Origin: Octopus vulgaris
Taxonomy: Eukaryota
DNA: 64,000 nt
Reading direction: 5' to 3'
Assembly: GCA_951406725.2 (NCBI GenBank)
Contig: OX597830.1
Span: 78,616,001-78,680,000, forward strand
The position numbers and the translations under genes are program-made. Position 1 is the stretch's first letter, and the number at the start of each line of letters is the position of its first letter. Of this stretch, positions 1 to 14,284 are shown piece by piece. The notes beneath the pieces were generated by a model that was not told where the DNA came from, made no database searches, and saw only the letters and a list, made by a program, of their open reading frames with translations.

Positions 1-13
1 TCTGCGTTGAACT

Positions 14-535
14 TCAACAACTACTACCACTACTACCACTACTACCGCTACTACAACCAGTACCACTACCACCACCACCACCATTACTACTACCAAAACT
101 ACTGCCGCCACCACCAACACTACTGCCGAAAGTACTGCCGTCATCACAACTATCAACATTAACAGAACCATCACAAACATCACCATCACAACCACCACCA
201 CCACAACCACTTCCATCACAACCACCACCACCACCACCGTACGCTACAACTAGAACCATCATCTTCACAACATGCATCAACATCATCGATTCCATTGCCA
301 CCACCAACTATTATCACAGCATCACCACTAACGCAACCATCTCCACTACCACTACGACAATTCTCGTAGATACACTATCACCGAAACCAACATCGACCTC
401 TACAAGCATCAACACCATTACCATCACCATTGGCATCATCTCCGTCTCCACCGTCGGCACCACCACCAACGTCACTACCACAACTACCACCACCACCACC
501 ACCAGCTATTAGCACTACGCCGCCACTACATCAAC
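14..535. repeat. Degenerate (ACC/ACT/CAT)n trinucleotide low-complexity tract
   Basis: Runs of accaccacc, actactacc and catcacc. The Gly/Ser and Val/Met ORFs here follow from the triplet periodicity. Confidence 0.9.
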
Positions 536-644
536 CCTAGCCCAACAATATGGAGTAACCCAATACTTGACTATCAGACGCACTACCCACCCCCACAACA
601 ACCCTCACCATTCTACTATCAGCACCATTATCACTAACATCAAA

Positions 645-653
645 TTTCACACT

Positions 654-743
<90 letters not shown>

Positions 744-939
744 ACACACATACATACATATACATATGTATGTATATATAAATATACATACACACACACA
801 CACATATACATATATATACATACATACGTACAAATATATATATATATATATACACATATATATATATACATATATATATAAATACATATATATATACATG
901 CATACATGTGTATATATATATATATATACATACATATAC

Positions 940-983
<44 letters not shown>

Positions 984-1133
984 GCACGCACACACACATA
1001 CACACACACATATATATATATACACATATATATACATACATACATATAAATATACATATATATATATATATACATGTATATATATATACATATATATATA
1101 AATACATATATATACATATATGCATACATGTGT

Positions 1134-1199
<66 letters not shown>

Positions 1200-1462
1200 G
1201 CACACACTCACACATATGCATACAAATATACATATAAATACACATGCATACAGATGTACTCACACACACCCATATGTATGTATGTAAATATACGTGTTAT
1301 TATTACACACACGTCGAGATAAACAGGCATATAAAACCCTACCCGTCGAAACAGTCGTTGTGTATACATCTAGGCTGTATATGTATATGTATTATATATG
1401 CATATATATATATACCTATATATACACATATATATATATATACATATATATACACACACACA
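645..1462. repeat. Compound (TACA)n/(CA)n/(TA)n microsatellite
   Basis: Directly visible tandem di- and tetranucleotide runs. Confidence 0.95.
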
Positions 1463-1777
1463 CTAAACCGTCTATACATTAGGTATGTATTACAAAGTCA
1501 AACAGTTTATTGTGGACATTGTTTAAACTGTTTACCCAACTCATCGCCCTCCAAACCCAACCACTCTTTATTCACACTGCTCACACAGATACACACACAC
1601 GTACCCACGGGGTAACACGCACGCGCGCGCACATTTATGACCGTCGTATCTTCTGGCTTCCTCTTTCTATGTCTCATCATATTTACATCCCTTTTTTAAA
1701 GACTTCTTTTTCATTTTTCGCTCCTATTATCATTATTATTCATTATTATTATTATTATTATTATTATCATTACAATT

Positions 1778-1948
1778 ATGCTTAGCGATATTTCGTCTGT
1801 CTTTACGTTCTGAGTTCGAATTCCGCCGAGGTCGACTTTGCTTTCATCCTTCCGGGATCAATAAATTAAGTACCAGTTGCATACTGGGGTCGATCTAATC
1901 TACTGGCCTCCTCCCCAAAATTTTGGGCCTGTGCCTAGAGTAGAAGAG
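1778..1948 (+). mobile_element. SINE family A, 5'-truncated, tail type B
   Basis: B box GAGTTCGAATTCC, body ccgaggtcgactttgc...gtaccagttgcatactggggtcgat, tail cctccccaaaattttgggcctgtgcctagagtaga running into (TTA)n. Matches many other copies in the window. Confidence 0.85.
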
Positions 1949-2590
<642 letters not shown>

Positions 2591-3149
2591 TGAGATCCTT
2601 CATCGTCGTCGTCATTTCCATCCTCATCGTAATCGTTAACGACACTTTAATCTTTTAGCTGATTCCGTCGTGATTCCGTACGCGCAGTATTTCATCCAAT
2701 CTTGCCTGTTTATCAATAAAATGTAATGTAATGTGTGTGTGTATGTGTGTGTGTGTGTGTGAATCTATCTCACCCCGATCTCATTCTCTTTACTTATCTT
2801 TCTTTCTTCCTCTTTCTCCCTCTCCTTCTCTGTCTTTATGCCTCTGTCTATCATTTTCTTCTTTACAATCCCTCCACTCTTCAACTAAGCCTCTACTCTT
2901 ACCGCAGCCCTAATAGCAAACCAACCTACCAGAGAGACTCGAATAAAGCCAGTATCTTTCTCACGCACGGATCGTTAAGCCAATAAGGGAGTAGCTATAG
3001 GATCACTAGACCTGCTATAGGATCACTAGACCAGCTATGCTTCCCTTTCAAACTACACCTTTACATCTTTAATGAAGGAAAAAGATGATGAATAAAACGG
3101 TAAAGACACCCTTCCGTCATGAAGGGTCGTGGGATTGCGCCCACCAAGG

Positions 3150-3382
3150 CACAAGCCCAGGTAATGTTGTTTATGGAAGACCAACAGTCGCTCATGCATA
3201 CAAGCTTCCCTTCTCTACGCCACCAATGTTATCCAAGGGGAGGGTAAAGGCTGATTCAGTTTGGCACCAGCGACGTTGCAACTCATTTCTACAGCCGAGT
3301 GAACTGGAACAACGTGAAATAAAGTCCGAGAATCGAACTCAATACCTCATGATTGTGAGCCCGGCGCTCTAACCACTGAGCC
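3150..3382 (-). mobile_element. tRNA-derived SINE (family D), internally deleted
   Basis: Minus strand begins tggctcagtggttagagcgccggg...gagttcgattc (A and B boxes). Body shared with 9704-9935. Confidence 0.7.
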
Positions 3383-3909
3383 ATATAGTTCTAGATATAA
3401 TACAATTTCTAATAAAAACAAATACGTGAATTGGTCGTGACCGGAATTCCTTTGATTAACGGTTTTAATTTATTGGGTTTGACTCGCGGTTAAACAAGAA
3501 CGACAACAACAACAACAGCAATAAAATACCACAAAGAACATCACAGTTGCCTGCAAGGTCTGAATCTATCGCTATGTCTGAAACAATTCCGTATCATCAG
3601 CAGGTATTTCAGAGTTACGAGTGGTTTGAATCCGAGAAGTGCAGAGAGGTTCTGAATGAGTCTTTACCTGCAGAAAGGTTCCACCTGCGGTCTTTTGTCA
3701 ATCAAACCCACCTTGAGCTGGTTTTGGCTGCCATATCTATTTCTTTAGTGGCTTTCTTTTTTTTTTTTTTTTTTTTTTGGTTGGCTGGTGCCAAGACAAA
3801 ATCAGAGAGAAATCGCAAAAAAATTACCCTAGTTACGATTTAAAACATACAAAAACCCATTATTTAATTCTCTCTTTCTTTCTTCCTCTCTTTTCACTCC
3901 CTCTCTCCA

Positions 3910-3959
<50 letters not shown>

Positions 3960-4435
3960 ATGTGCAATACCTAGAAGCATCAATAATCATGGAGCTCTTT
4001 GCCAAACTCTGAAGATTCAGGATTGTTCTGGTGAAAAATATACAGCAACGGTTGCCTTCTGCTGGTTTATTTACAGCTCATTCTGCTAATTTCCTACTCT
4101 CCTGAGTTTATTCTTGAAGCAAAGAGCCGATATAATCCTTATGAAAACGGAATGGTTTACGTAACATGAGGTCATGACTGGATAGAATGAGCCAGGGACC
4201 CAAACCAATTTTTCATTTTGTTTTTTATGCCATAAGAAAAACCTTAACAGGTACTAACTCCCAGGACCAGATTGAATTTTGAAATAATTGTAACCTAGGA
4301 GTGACTCCAGTGCAAGTTGGAAAGGGTTAACGGATATAAACAAATTAAACATGGAATACTTCAATTCAGTCATAGAGACCAGAATCATCGTAGTTGAATT
4401 CAAAGTCACATACGCTGTGGAATGTACAACGTCTC

Positions 4436-4670
4436 TTAATCCGTTTGTCTGTCCTTGTTTGTTTCCTCTGTGTTTAGCCCCTTGTGGGTAGTAAAGAAAT
4501 AGGTATTTCGTCTGTCTTTACGTTCTGAGTTCAAATTCCGCCGAGGTCGACTTTGCCTTTCATCCTTTCGAGGTCGATAAATTAAGTACCAGTTGCGTAT
4601 TGGGATCGATCTAATTGACTGAGCCCCTCTCCCAAAATTTCGGGCCCTGTGCCTAGAGTACAAAAGAATA
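4436..4670 (+). mobile_element. SINE family A partial dimer (tail A | body + tail B)
   Basis: Junction aagaaatag|gtatttcgtctg near 4500, B box gagttcaaattcc. Confidence 0.85.
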
Positions 4671-4757
4671 AAGGTATACGTTGTATGTGTGTGTCTGCAT
4701 ATATATATATGCAACACACACACACACACGCACACACATACAGACACGCACACACAA

Positions 4758-4836
<79 letters not shown>

Positions 4837-4946
4837 TATGCACCTACATATATACATACCTTATATAGGTCACATATACGGCGAAATTTCGAAGAGTCTG
4901 TCAATGAAATTATAATATATGTGTGTATATGTGATTTGTACATGCA

Positions 4947-5012
<66 letters not shown>

Positions 5013-6176
5013 CGTGTGTGTGTGTGTACACATTTCTGTGTGAGTACATGTATTTTCTCCCAATCTCTCCCTTTACTGTAATTGTCTATTGTTTTTTTGT
5101 TTGTTGTTCTTTTACTCTGGCTGTTTGCTTTTGGAGACACCAAAACCGCTTTCTATTTGCGCGGGCACACATACACACACACACACACATACACATACAT
5201 ATATACATATATACATATACATACCCACACTTACATTCACACAGCTATTAATTTCTTTTCACTTCTTATTTTCTTCTTATTTTCTCCTTTTTTTTTTCTA
5301 TTTTTCTTTGCTCCTTCTGTACAAAAGTCAAACGCAGTGTTCAGCCCACTTTAACTTTATATATTTATTTATATATTTGATATCCCATTATCCTTTGCCC
5401 TCCTCTAGCCCCGCTATCATTATCCTTTGCGTCCCTTTTCTTAGTTCTTCCAGCTCCCCTTGGCTTCTTACTCTCTGCCTTCCTGCCTCTTCTTTTCTTT
5501 TCTCTGTTTATCTAACTACTTACCTATCGCCCTGTGTTCCCACTATGAGAACCCTCACCCTAACACTTTCTCCCTCCTCCCTTATCATTCCTCCTCCGCT
5601 CTCTTCCTCTCATTTCTTTCTACCTTTCTGTCTTTCTCTCTTTCTCTCCTCACTTTTTCTCCTTGCTTTTCTCTCTGCTGGCTTACCCATCTCTCTGCTT
5701 ATTCCCACTCTTCAATTCCCGCCCTGTACGTACGTATGTATGTATGTATGTATGTATGTATGCCTATATGTATGTATGTATGTATTATATATGTATATAT
5801 ATATATGTTTATCTATCTATTTATCTTTTTTGTCACCGTCTGTTTATATGTCTATGTATCTAACACTCTACATATCTAGCTAACAATTATATATATATAT
5901 ATATACAGTCACACACGTATATTCATGTATATACATATATACATACGTACTTATATATGTATGCAGTCATATATGCATGTATGTATGTATGTATGCATGC
6001 ATGTATGTATGTATGTATGTATGTATATATGTATGTATGTATATATGTATGTATGCATGTATGTATGTATATGTATGTATATATGTATGTATGTATATAT
6101 GCATGTATGTATGTATGTATGTATGTATGTTTGTGTGTGTGTATACAACATACAAACACGCTCACGTATTTACATA

Positions 6177-6418
6177 AATTACTGAAGCATTAACAAGGTT
6201 TTCCCTGCCATGATATACTACAAAATACACGTATGGATTTCAGTCAGCACTACGAGTGTAAATTTATTTAATTAATTAAAAACTCCAGACCGCCATAAAC
6301 AACTGTAATTAATTGAAGTTAATTTATTTTACACGCCCATTGTCAGCTTGAAATTTATACATTTATTCCGTAGAATATCACAGCTTAATAAACCACCCCT
6401 GCTAATGCGTCAGTAATT
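6177..6418. repeat. Imperfect long inverted repeat (~240-nt hairpin)
   Basis: Nested complementary blocks: aattactga.gcatta/taatgc.tcagtaatt, tgatat/atatca, ctac/gtag, atttca/tgaaat, gtgtaaa/tttacac, aattaatta/taattaatt. Confidence 0.65.
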
Positions 6419-6855
6419 CATTAATAGTATTAACAGCCCAGGATGCGCCTATTATGCAAATCTGTATATCTGGTTTAATGAAACCCTTAATAATGTTGGC
6501 CATCCATATACACAAAGCAACAAACTGGCATAATTGTTAGAATGTTGAATAGAATGCCTCGCAGTATTTCTTCCAATTCTCTGAAGCCTGAGTCCAAAAT
6601 CCACCGAAGCCGACATTACCTTTTAGCCTTTTAGGATTAATAAAACAAAGTATAGTCCAAGAGCGGCAAATTGGTGGAATTAATATTATTGTCATACACT
6701 AGACAGTCGTAGTGCGTATAATTTTGTATGTATATAGGAAATATCTTAAGTGCGTTTGTACGTATATGTATGTATATATGATTGAGTGTTCGTGTGTATG
6801 TGAGTGTATATGTGCATGTACATGAGTATTTCAGTATGTATGTATATATATATAT

Positions 6856-6892
<37 letters not shown>

Positions 6893-7236
6893 TGTATGTA
6901 TGTATACATGTGTATGGATATGCATGAGTTTTTCGGAGTGTATGTACGTGTGCGAATGGGATGCCTTGTGGCAGTATGTTTCGGGTTTTTATATCCTGAA
7001 TTCAAATCCAGGCCGCGTCAACGAAAAACAATGACACTTCTGTCAGGAGTTTCGACCGACACATAGTACCAGCGATTTGAAAACCCAATGGAAACAGCAT
7101 CTTTGCAATAATGTATCTATTTATTCTTAATAATTTCAGGCAAATCCGAGCGCGAATATTTTTTCTCATCGCAACACCCCTCTTCTCTTTAGATGATGTA
7201 TGCTCATAACACACACGATTCGCCAGTGTGAGGTTA

Positions 7237-7287
7237 CTTTGAGATCACTCAACGTTTCGACCTTATTGTGTGTCTCCTCAGCCAAAG
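7237..7287 (-). ncRNA. Hammerhead ribozyme-like motif (perfect core, displaced stem I)
   Basis: Minus strand reads ctttgg CTGAGGA gac-acacaataag-gtc GAAA cg TT gagtgatc tcaaag. Stem I can only pair across an 8-nt insertion. Confidence 0.5.
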
Positions 7288-9703
7288 CTACCCCCACTGG
7301 ACCGATGAATCTAACAAGAGCACAGGATCTTATTTATAGAACCCAGGAAACAAATTATTTGCTGATGCATGCTGGTGTCTATCAAACATATAACAATTCA
7401 TGAAGTACACGTAGAACATTGAGAATCTAACGTATTTATTCATTCTCAATGCACTCTAGCAGTTTCGACTGGGGTCGATGTAATCGATTTGCTTCCCCTA
7501 GCAAATTTCAGACCTTGTGCTTATTGTTGAAAGGATTATGTATCACGTCGATTTGTATGCCGCAAAATACTGTAGGCTATGATGCGATTTCAACCCAGAA
7601 TGCCAAGAGGTGGGATAAATACCAAAAGGTATTCGGTTCGCCAGTCTAGCGTCTCTGATTATTACATTTCTTTTTATCGACCGCGAAAGGATGAAAGGCT
7701 AAGTTAAACTCGGTTTGATTTGAACTCAGAGTGTTGAAGTCGGAGGAAATAATGGTTTCAAATTTTGGTACAAGGCACAAATCGACCTCGGCAGAATTTG
7801 AATTCAGAACGTAAAAACTGCTGAAATACCGCTAAGCATTTTCCCCATGTGTGCTAACAATTCTGCCGGCTCGTGGCCTTATATATATCAAGTAATGAAG
7901 GTTTCGAATTTTGGCACAAGGCCAGCAATTTTAGGGGAAAGGAAAGACGATTACACAGACCCCAGTACTCAACTGGTATTTATTTTATCGACCCTGAAAA
8001 GACGAAAGGTAAATCGACCTCGGAGGAAATTGAACTCAGAACGTAAAGACGGACGAAAGCTGCCCAGCGTACAAACGATTCTACCAGCTCGCCATTTTGA
8101 TGTCGGAGGAAATAATGTGAAGCATTCCTTGAAAGCGATAATTAGCCAAAATGCTAATTAATCTAATTAATATTAATGAGACGCACTGGACAGTCGCAGT
8201 ATATATAGTTTTGTGTGTATATATAAAGTATATGAATTATACGTGTATAAATAAAGTATATTAATTATGTGTGCATAAATGTATATATGAGTGTTTGTGT
8301 CTATGCATGTACATGTGTTAGTGTATGTATGTTCATGAGTATTTCGGTGTGTGTGTGTGTGTACATGTGTGTGTATGTGTGCATATACGTGAATGTTTCG
8401 GTGCGCGTACATATGCATGTATATGTTTATGTACATGTGCGTACATGTGCATGCATGCGTCTATGTACGTGAGTGTATGTGCGTGTATATGTGTATAAAT
8501 GTATGTGTGTGCGTATGAGTCTGTGTGCGCATGGGTGTGTATATACGTGTATGCATTTGGATGTGTATATGAGTGTGAATGCTTCGGTTTGCAAATGTGC
8601 GCACATGTATGCGTATGTGTGTATGTGCATGGTGTTTTAGTGGATGTGTGTGTGCACATATACGTTTGTGTGTGTTTGTGTATGTATGTGTGTATGTACG
8701 CCCGCACACATTTGTGTATATGTGTATGTGTGTATGTGTGTGTGCGATTGTGCGTGTGTGTGTGTAACGGTGAGTTATCTAATATACATATCAATGAAAA
8801 CATCCTTTCAAATATTTCGTGATACCCCAAGACACTGTATTATTTGATACATCAACACTACTAGGGGTGGGTCACATTTTGCTATGACACGCCAGTGGCC
8901 AATGATATGCCATTGACCGTTACCGCTGCTGAAATCTCAGTCCATCCCTGATACCCGCAGACCTCGTGGTATCCTGCTGTTTCCTCCACGACTGTATTGG
9001 TTTCCAAAACAGCTCATCCCATTGGTGTTTCCCTATTAAACGTATCATTGTTCGTTGCTGTGATTGTTGGTGAAAGCCAGGCGCAGCCATGATGGTGCAG
9101 ATGTCTTGTGAAGTCTGGAGCTTTCTTCAGATTCGAAATAGGTTTCATTTACTAAAACCATCACTCTATAGACAAACGCATGTAATCTTACCCTTCATTT
9201 TGTTCTTACTCATCGGTCTATCCGTTACTTTTCTCTTTTCTTTCTTTCCTTCTTTCTCTCCTTCTTTTTTCTTTCTTTCTTTCATTCTTTCTTTCTTCCT
9301 TTTCAACTTCTCATCGTCTCCCCCTGTCTCTCTCTCTCCCTCTCTAACTATTTTGCTATATAATTTTCTCTCTCTTTCTCATTCCCTCTCAATCTCTCAC
9401 AGCCGAAATGACATATTTCTATTCTTTCCCGCGCACGTGTACATATGTGTGAGCGCGCACACGTATATATATACGCTGATGATAACAATGATGAGGACGA
9501 CAAGGATGTTGATGCTGATGATGCTGATGACGACAACGACGATGATAACGATGACGATGATCTCAATCATGATCATGATTGTGATGGAGTTGGTGGTGGT
9601 TGTGGTAGTGGTGGTAATGTTGGTAGTGGTGTCGATGTGGTATCTTATATCATAAATATATATATGATATATATTTATAAATTCAGTGAATTTATAAATT
9701 ATA

Positions 9704-9935
9704 ACTCAGTGGTTAGAGCGTCGAGCTTACGATCGTGAGGTTGTGAGTTCAATTCCCGGACCATGCTGAATGTTGTATTCCTGAGCAAGACACTTTATTT
9801 CACGTTGCTCCAGTTCACTCAGCTGTAGAAATGAGTTGCAACATCATTGGTGCTAAGCTGTATCAGCCCCTTTGCCTTTCCCTTAGATAGCATCGGTGGC
9901 ATGGAGAGTGTAGGCTGGTATGCATGGGAGACTGT
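9704..9935 (+). mobile_element. tRNA-derived SINE (family D)
   Basis: ctcagtggttagagcg (A box) and gagttcaattccc (B box), followed by a ctgagcaagacactttatttcacgttgctccag body. Confidence 0.75.
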
Positions 9936-10121
9936 TAGATAGAGAGAGAGAAAGAGAGAGAGGGATCGATAGATAGGTAGGTAGGTAGGTAGGTAGGGAG
10001 GGAGGTAGATAGGTAATTAGGTAGGTAGGTAGGTAGGTAGGTTGGTAGGTAGGTGGGTGGGTAGGTATGTAGGTAGGTAGGTAGGTAGGTAAGTAGGTAG
10101 GTAGGTAGGTAGGTATGTAGG

Positions 10122-10156
<35 letters not shown>

Positions 10157-11337
10157 GTTTCTTTATTGGCCACACAGGGCTGCACACAGATGGGACAAGT
10201 AACAAGGTAGAGCTTTTCTTTTGGGGGATGAAGAGAACAAAAAACAAAAGAAAAAAAAGGGGGGTGGCGTAGGTTTTCGATCAAGAGGGATCGTAAAAGG
10301 GAAGAAAAGAACAAAAACAGAAAAAAAAATTGAATAAAATAAAAAGAATAAAAAGAACAAAAAAGAAAAGGAAAAGGAACAAAAGGAAAGAGAAATGAAA
10401 AAAGAAGAAAAATGGGGGAAAAAAAGGGGGAAGAGGAAAAAACAGAACGATCAATAGGGATCGTGTATCACAGTGTTATGATATATGGTGTAAAGGGGAG
10501 AGCAAGTAAGGTTTATCCGTGGGAAGAAAAGCCTACGAAAAAGACCACGGTAACCTTGGTCAATATTGTTATATGTTACCACATTTGTTTGCAAGTGTGT
10601 AACCCTCTGTTTTCAATTTCTGGGTTCATAGGATTATGCTCAAGGTGGCTTCGTCATTCATACGTGCCATCCTTGCTACATTCACCCATCTTTTTTTAAA
10701 ACATTCGCTAGACAAAACTTGCCTCTCTACTCTCACTTTCCTTTTCAAGTGGTACTTGAAGAAGTTGATGAGAGATTGACCAGAGAGGAAAGTGTTTGTC
10801 TCCAATCCTTTCAGACGCGTCCACCAGATACATTCTTTCGCCATAGCCACAAGTATGATGAAAATAGCTCTTCCTTCCCGTTTGAAGGAAGGAGGCGTGA
10901 CAATATTGACGATAGACTCAGCTGATAAACCGACCCGTCCCACACGTGACAGCAGTTGTTCGACATAAGCCCACAGGTCGGAAATTGTTGGACACTGCAC
11001 GAGTGCGTGCAGAACGGTTTCGTCGCTCTGACCGCATCTCGGGCAGGTCGGCCCCGTGTTTCTCGAGCCGTGTCTGTAGAGCTTATCCCGAACGGGTAGC
11101 GCTTCTCGGTAGCACTGCCAGGCCAGGGATCTCTGGAAGTTGTCCATGGGCCCTGGCCCGAAAGTCGTCCTGAACAGACGGGTCAGGTACTCCTCGTCAA
11201 CGTCCAGGTTCGCCCCGAGCTCGTCGTCGTACCTCCCCTCCACTAATCCCCTATAGAATGCTTTGGTTGTGTTGAAGTCACTCAAGGTCGACCCGGGACG
11301 GCAGAGTTGCTTGAGAGCAACGCGACACTCGCGGTGC
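10157..11337 (-). mobile_element. 5'-truncated L1/Tx1-group LINE (ORF2 C-terminus + 3' UTR) embedded in (GATA)n
   Basis: The frame at 10626-11337 encodes a zf-RVT-like region with the CCHC knuckle CPRCGQSDETVLHALVQC. The 3' end is ...ccctgtgtggccaataaagaaac followed by (TATC)n. Confidence 0.85.
10626..11337 (-). pseudogene. LINE ORF2 C-terminal fragment (zinc knuckle)
   Basis: This is the non-repetitive part of track ORF 10626..11480. The YLSI repeats at that ORF's N-terminus are microsatellite and not part of the element. Confidence 0.8.
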
Positions 11338-11343
11338 AGATAT

Positions 11344-11430
<87 letters not shown>

Positions 11431-11431
11431 T

Positions 11432-11779
11432 GTTTCTTTATTAGCCACACAGGGCTGAAAACATAGGGGACAAATGACAAAGCAGGGCTTTTCTTTTCTG
11501 CGAGAAAAAAAAGGTGGGTAGGCTTTCTATCAAAAGGGATCGTAAAAAAACGACCAATAGGGATCGTGTATCACGGAATGTCATGATGTAAAGTGTAAAG
11601 GGGGAAACAGATAAGGTTTATCCGTGGAAAGAAGAGCCTATGGAAAAGACCACGGTAAACTCGGTCAATAATGTCACATGTTAACACATATATTTGCAAG
11701 AAAGTAACTCTCTGTTTTAAATTTTTCCGGGTTCATAGAATTATGCTCAAGGTGGCTTCATACGTGCCATCCTTGCAAC

Positions 11780-11780
<1 letters not shown>
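11432..11780 (-). mobile_element. Second, shorter 3' fragment of the same L1/Tx1-type LINE family
   Basis: Aligns by eye to 10157-10680 (gggatcgtgtatcac, aaaagaccacggtaa, ttatgctcaaggtggcttc). (GATA)n on both sides. Confidence 0.85.
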
Positions 11781-11851
<71 letters not shown>

Positions 11852-12226
11852 GGAGGGAGAGGGAGAGAGAGATGGATGGGTAGATTGGTTGATTGATTGA
11901 TTGATTGGTTTAAGCAAAATGAGCATGACGCTTACGATAAAGAAGTAAACGATGTTGATGACGACGATGAAGATGATGACGATGACAAAGACAATGACGG
12001 AGACGATGACGATGAGATGATGACAACGATGAGGACAACAACGGCGACGCTGATGATAACAATGATGAGGACGACAAGGATGTTGATGATGGTGATGATG
12101 CTGATGACGACAACGACGACGACGACGATGATGATAACGATGACGATGATCTCGATCATGATCATGATTGTGATGGAGTTGGTGGTGGTAGTGGTGGTAG
12201 TGTTGGTAGTGGTGTCGATGTGGTAT

Positions 12227-12790
12227 CTTATTTCTTTATTGCCCACAAGGGACCAAACACAGAGAGGACAAACAAGGACAGACAAAGGGGCTAAGTCGAT
12301 TACATCGACCCCAGTACGTAACTGGTACTTAATTTATCGACCCCGAAAGGATGAAAGGCAAAGTCAACCTCGTTGAAATTTGAACTCAGGACGTAACAGC
12401 AGACGAAATACCTATTTCTTTACTACCCACAAGGGGCTAAACACAGACAAACGGATTAAGTCGATTATATCGACCCCAGTGCGTAACTGATACTTATTTA
12501 ATCGACCCCGAAAGGATGAAAGGCAAAGTCGACCTCGGTGAAATTTGAACTCAGAACGTAACAGCAGACGAAATACCTATTTCTTTACTACCCACAAGGG
12601 GCTAAACACAGACAAACGGATTAAGTCGATTATATCGACCCCAGTGCGTAACTGATACTTATTTAATCGACCCCGAAAGGATGAAAGGCAAAGTCGACCT
12701 CGGCGCAATTTGAACTCAGAACATAACGGCAGACGAAATAGCGCTAAGCATTTCGCCCGGCGTGCTAACGTTTCTGCCACCTCGCCGCCT
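12227..12790 (-). mobile_element. SINE family A trimer (one head, three body + tail A units, ~164-nt period)
   Basis: Head ggcggcgaggtggcagaaacgttagc, repeated junction aagaaatag|gtatttcgtctg, flanked by an atgtg(g/a)tatct TSD-like pair. Confidence 0.9.
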
Positions 12791-13348
12791 TATGTGATAT
12801 CTATTTCAGTGAGGGTGACATTGTTGGTGACGAGGGGCGGGGCAATAATGGAGACTGAAATTACTGTATTTACCAAAGAACGAACAAGCAACGAACAATA
12901 AAAAAAGCGAGAAAGTAAGAAATTACATTAACAACCAATACAACAATGATAACAACGAAGCAACAACTGTATGGACAACAACAACAAAAACAACAACATC
13001 ATCAACAACAACAACAACAACAACAACAGCAACAACAACACCCACGACGACCATGACGGCTATGGTGGCCATAATCGCGACAACAAAAAGTCCATCGAAA
13101 GCTGCGACCCAACCAACCCCAGATGAGCTCCTTTTGTATGGCTCAACCGGAAAGTTCGAGCTGTTGACATTGGTTTTAATAACAGCAACCAAAGTGTCCA
13201 ATGAAAATCCGTCTTAAGATATACACGTCAGTCACGTGTCCTACCTACCCCTATAATTTTCTACACGTTTATATCTGTTTATATATTTAGTTATTGTCTT
13301 TGTTTTGTCTCCTCCTCTCTTTCGCCCTGGTAGGAAAAAAAAAAAGGA

Positions 13349-13399
<51 letters not shown>

Positions 13400-13496
13400 T
13401 TCTCAGCGTCTTGGACCCTTGTGGCCAATATAAGAAATCATTATTGCTATTGTTATTATTGTCGTTGTTATTGTTGTCGGTGTTATAATCATTAAT

Positions 13497-13552
<56 letters not shown>

Positions 13553-14023
13553 TATTCTTCTTCATATTATTATTATTATTATTATTGTTATTATTATCAT
13601 TATAATTGTTATTGTTATTATTATTATTATCCTTGTCATCATTGTCGTCGGCATCGGCCACGTCGTCATCATCATTATCATCGTCGTCGTCGTCGCTTCT
13701 TTGTTTGACTTGTTCCCGATTTTAATCTGTCAACGTTACTGGACCACTGGCTGACATGTTAGCTTGTTCTGTTGTCTCAAAACATCTGCAGATTTCAGCA
13801 GATCCTTTCTCTCTCTCTCTCTCTAACTCTTTCACTGTCTGGAAAATTGGCTGCCACTTGCATTCATTGGTCAATGTAGAGTGACCGTTGTCCAATCAGA
13901 ATGACACATCGTCTGATGTGTAATTCTATAACCATTTGTATGTATGTATGTATGTATGTATGTATGTATGTATGTATGTATGTATGTATGTATGCATGCA
14001 TGCATGCATGTATGTATCTATGT

Positions 14024-14085
<62 letters not shown>

Positions 14086-14284
14086 TAATATAGGATAAAA
14101 TTTTTTCGGGGAAAAAAATTTTATCAATGGCCAGCATATCAAAAAATGCCTTTAAAAGTAAAATTTATACATAATTTACAAGATAAGGGCAGAAGAAAAA
14201 TTCTAATGCCAAATATGCCGAAACAAAAAAATTGGTGCTTGCTTTTTCCGTGGGTATGAGTAAATATTTCATTTATATCTCGCG

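Noticed and set aside
4003-4045. CTGAAGA...GAAA
   Set aside because: Stem II is weak and stems I and III cannot be formed.
4300-4330. ...gggttaa resembling a piggyBac end
   Set aside because: No partner terminus was identified, and the match is too short to support.
9704-9775. tRNA-like sequence (also at 56880-56952 and 3330-3382)
   Set aside because: A and B boxes are present but there is no complete cloverleaf, and each continues into a SINE body.
12227-12790. Regularly spaced repeats resembling a CRISPR array
   Set aside because: Whole units are repeated, with no unique spacers or cas genes. These are SINE multimers in eukaryotic DNA.
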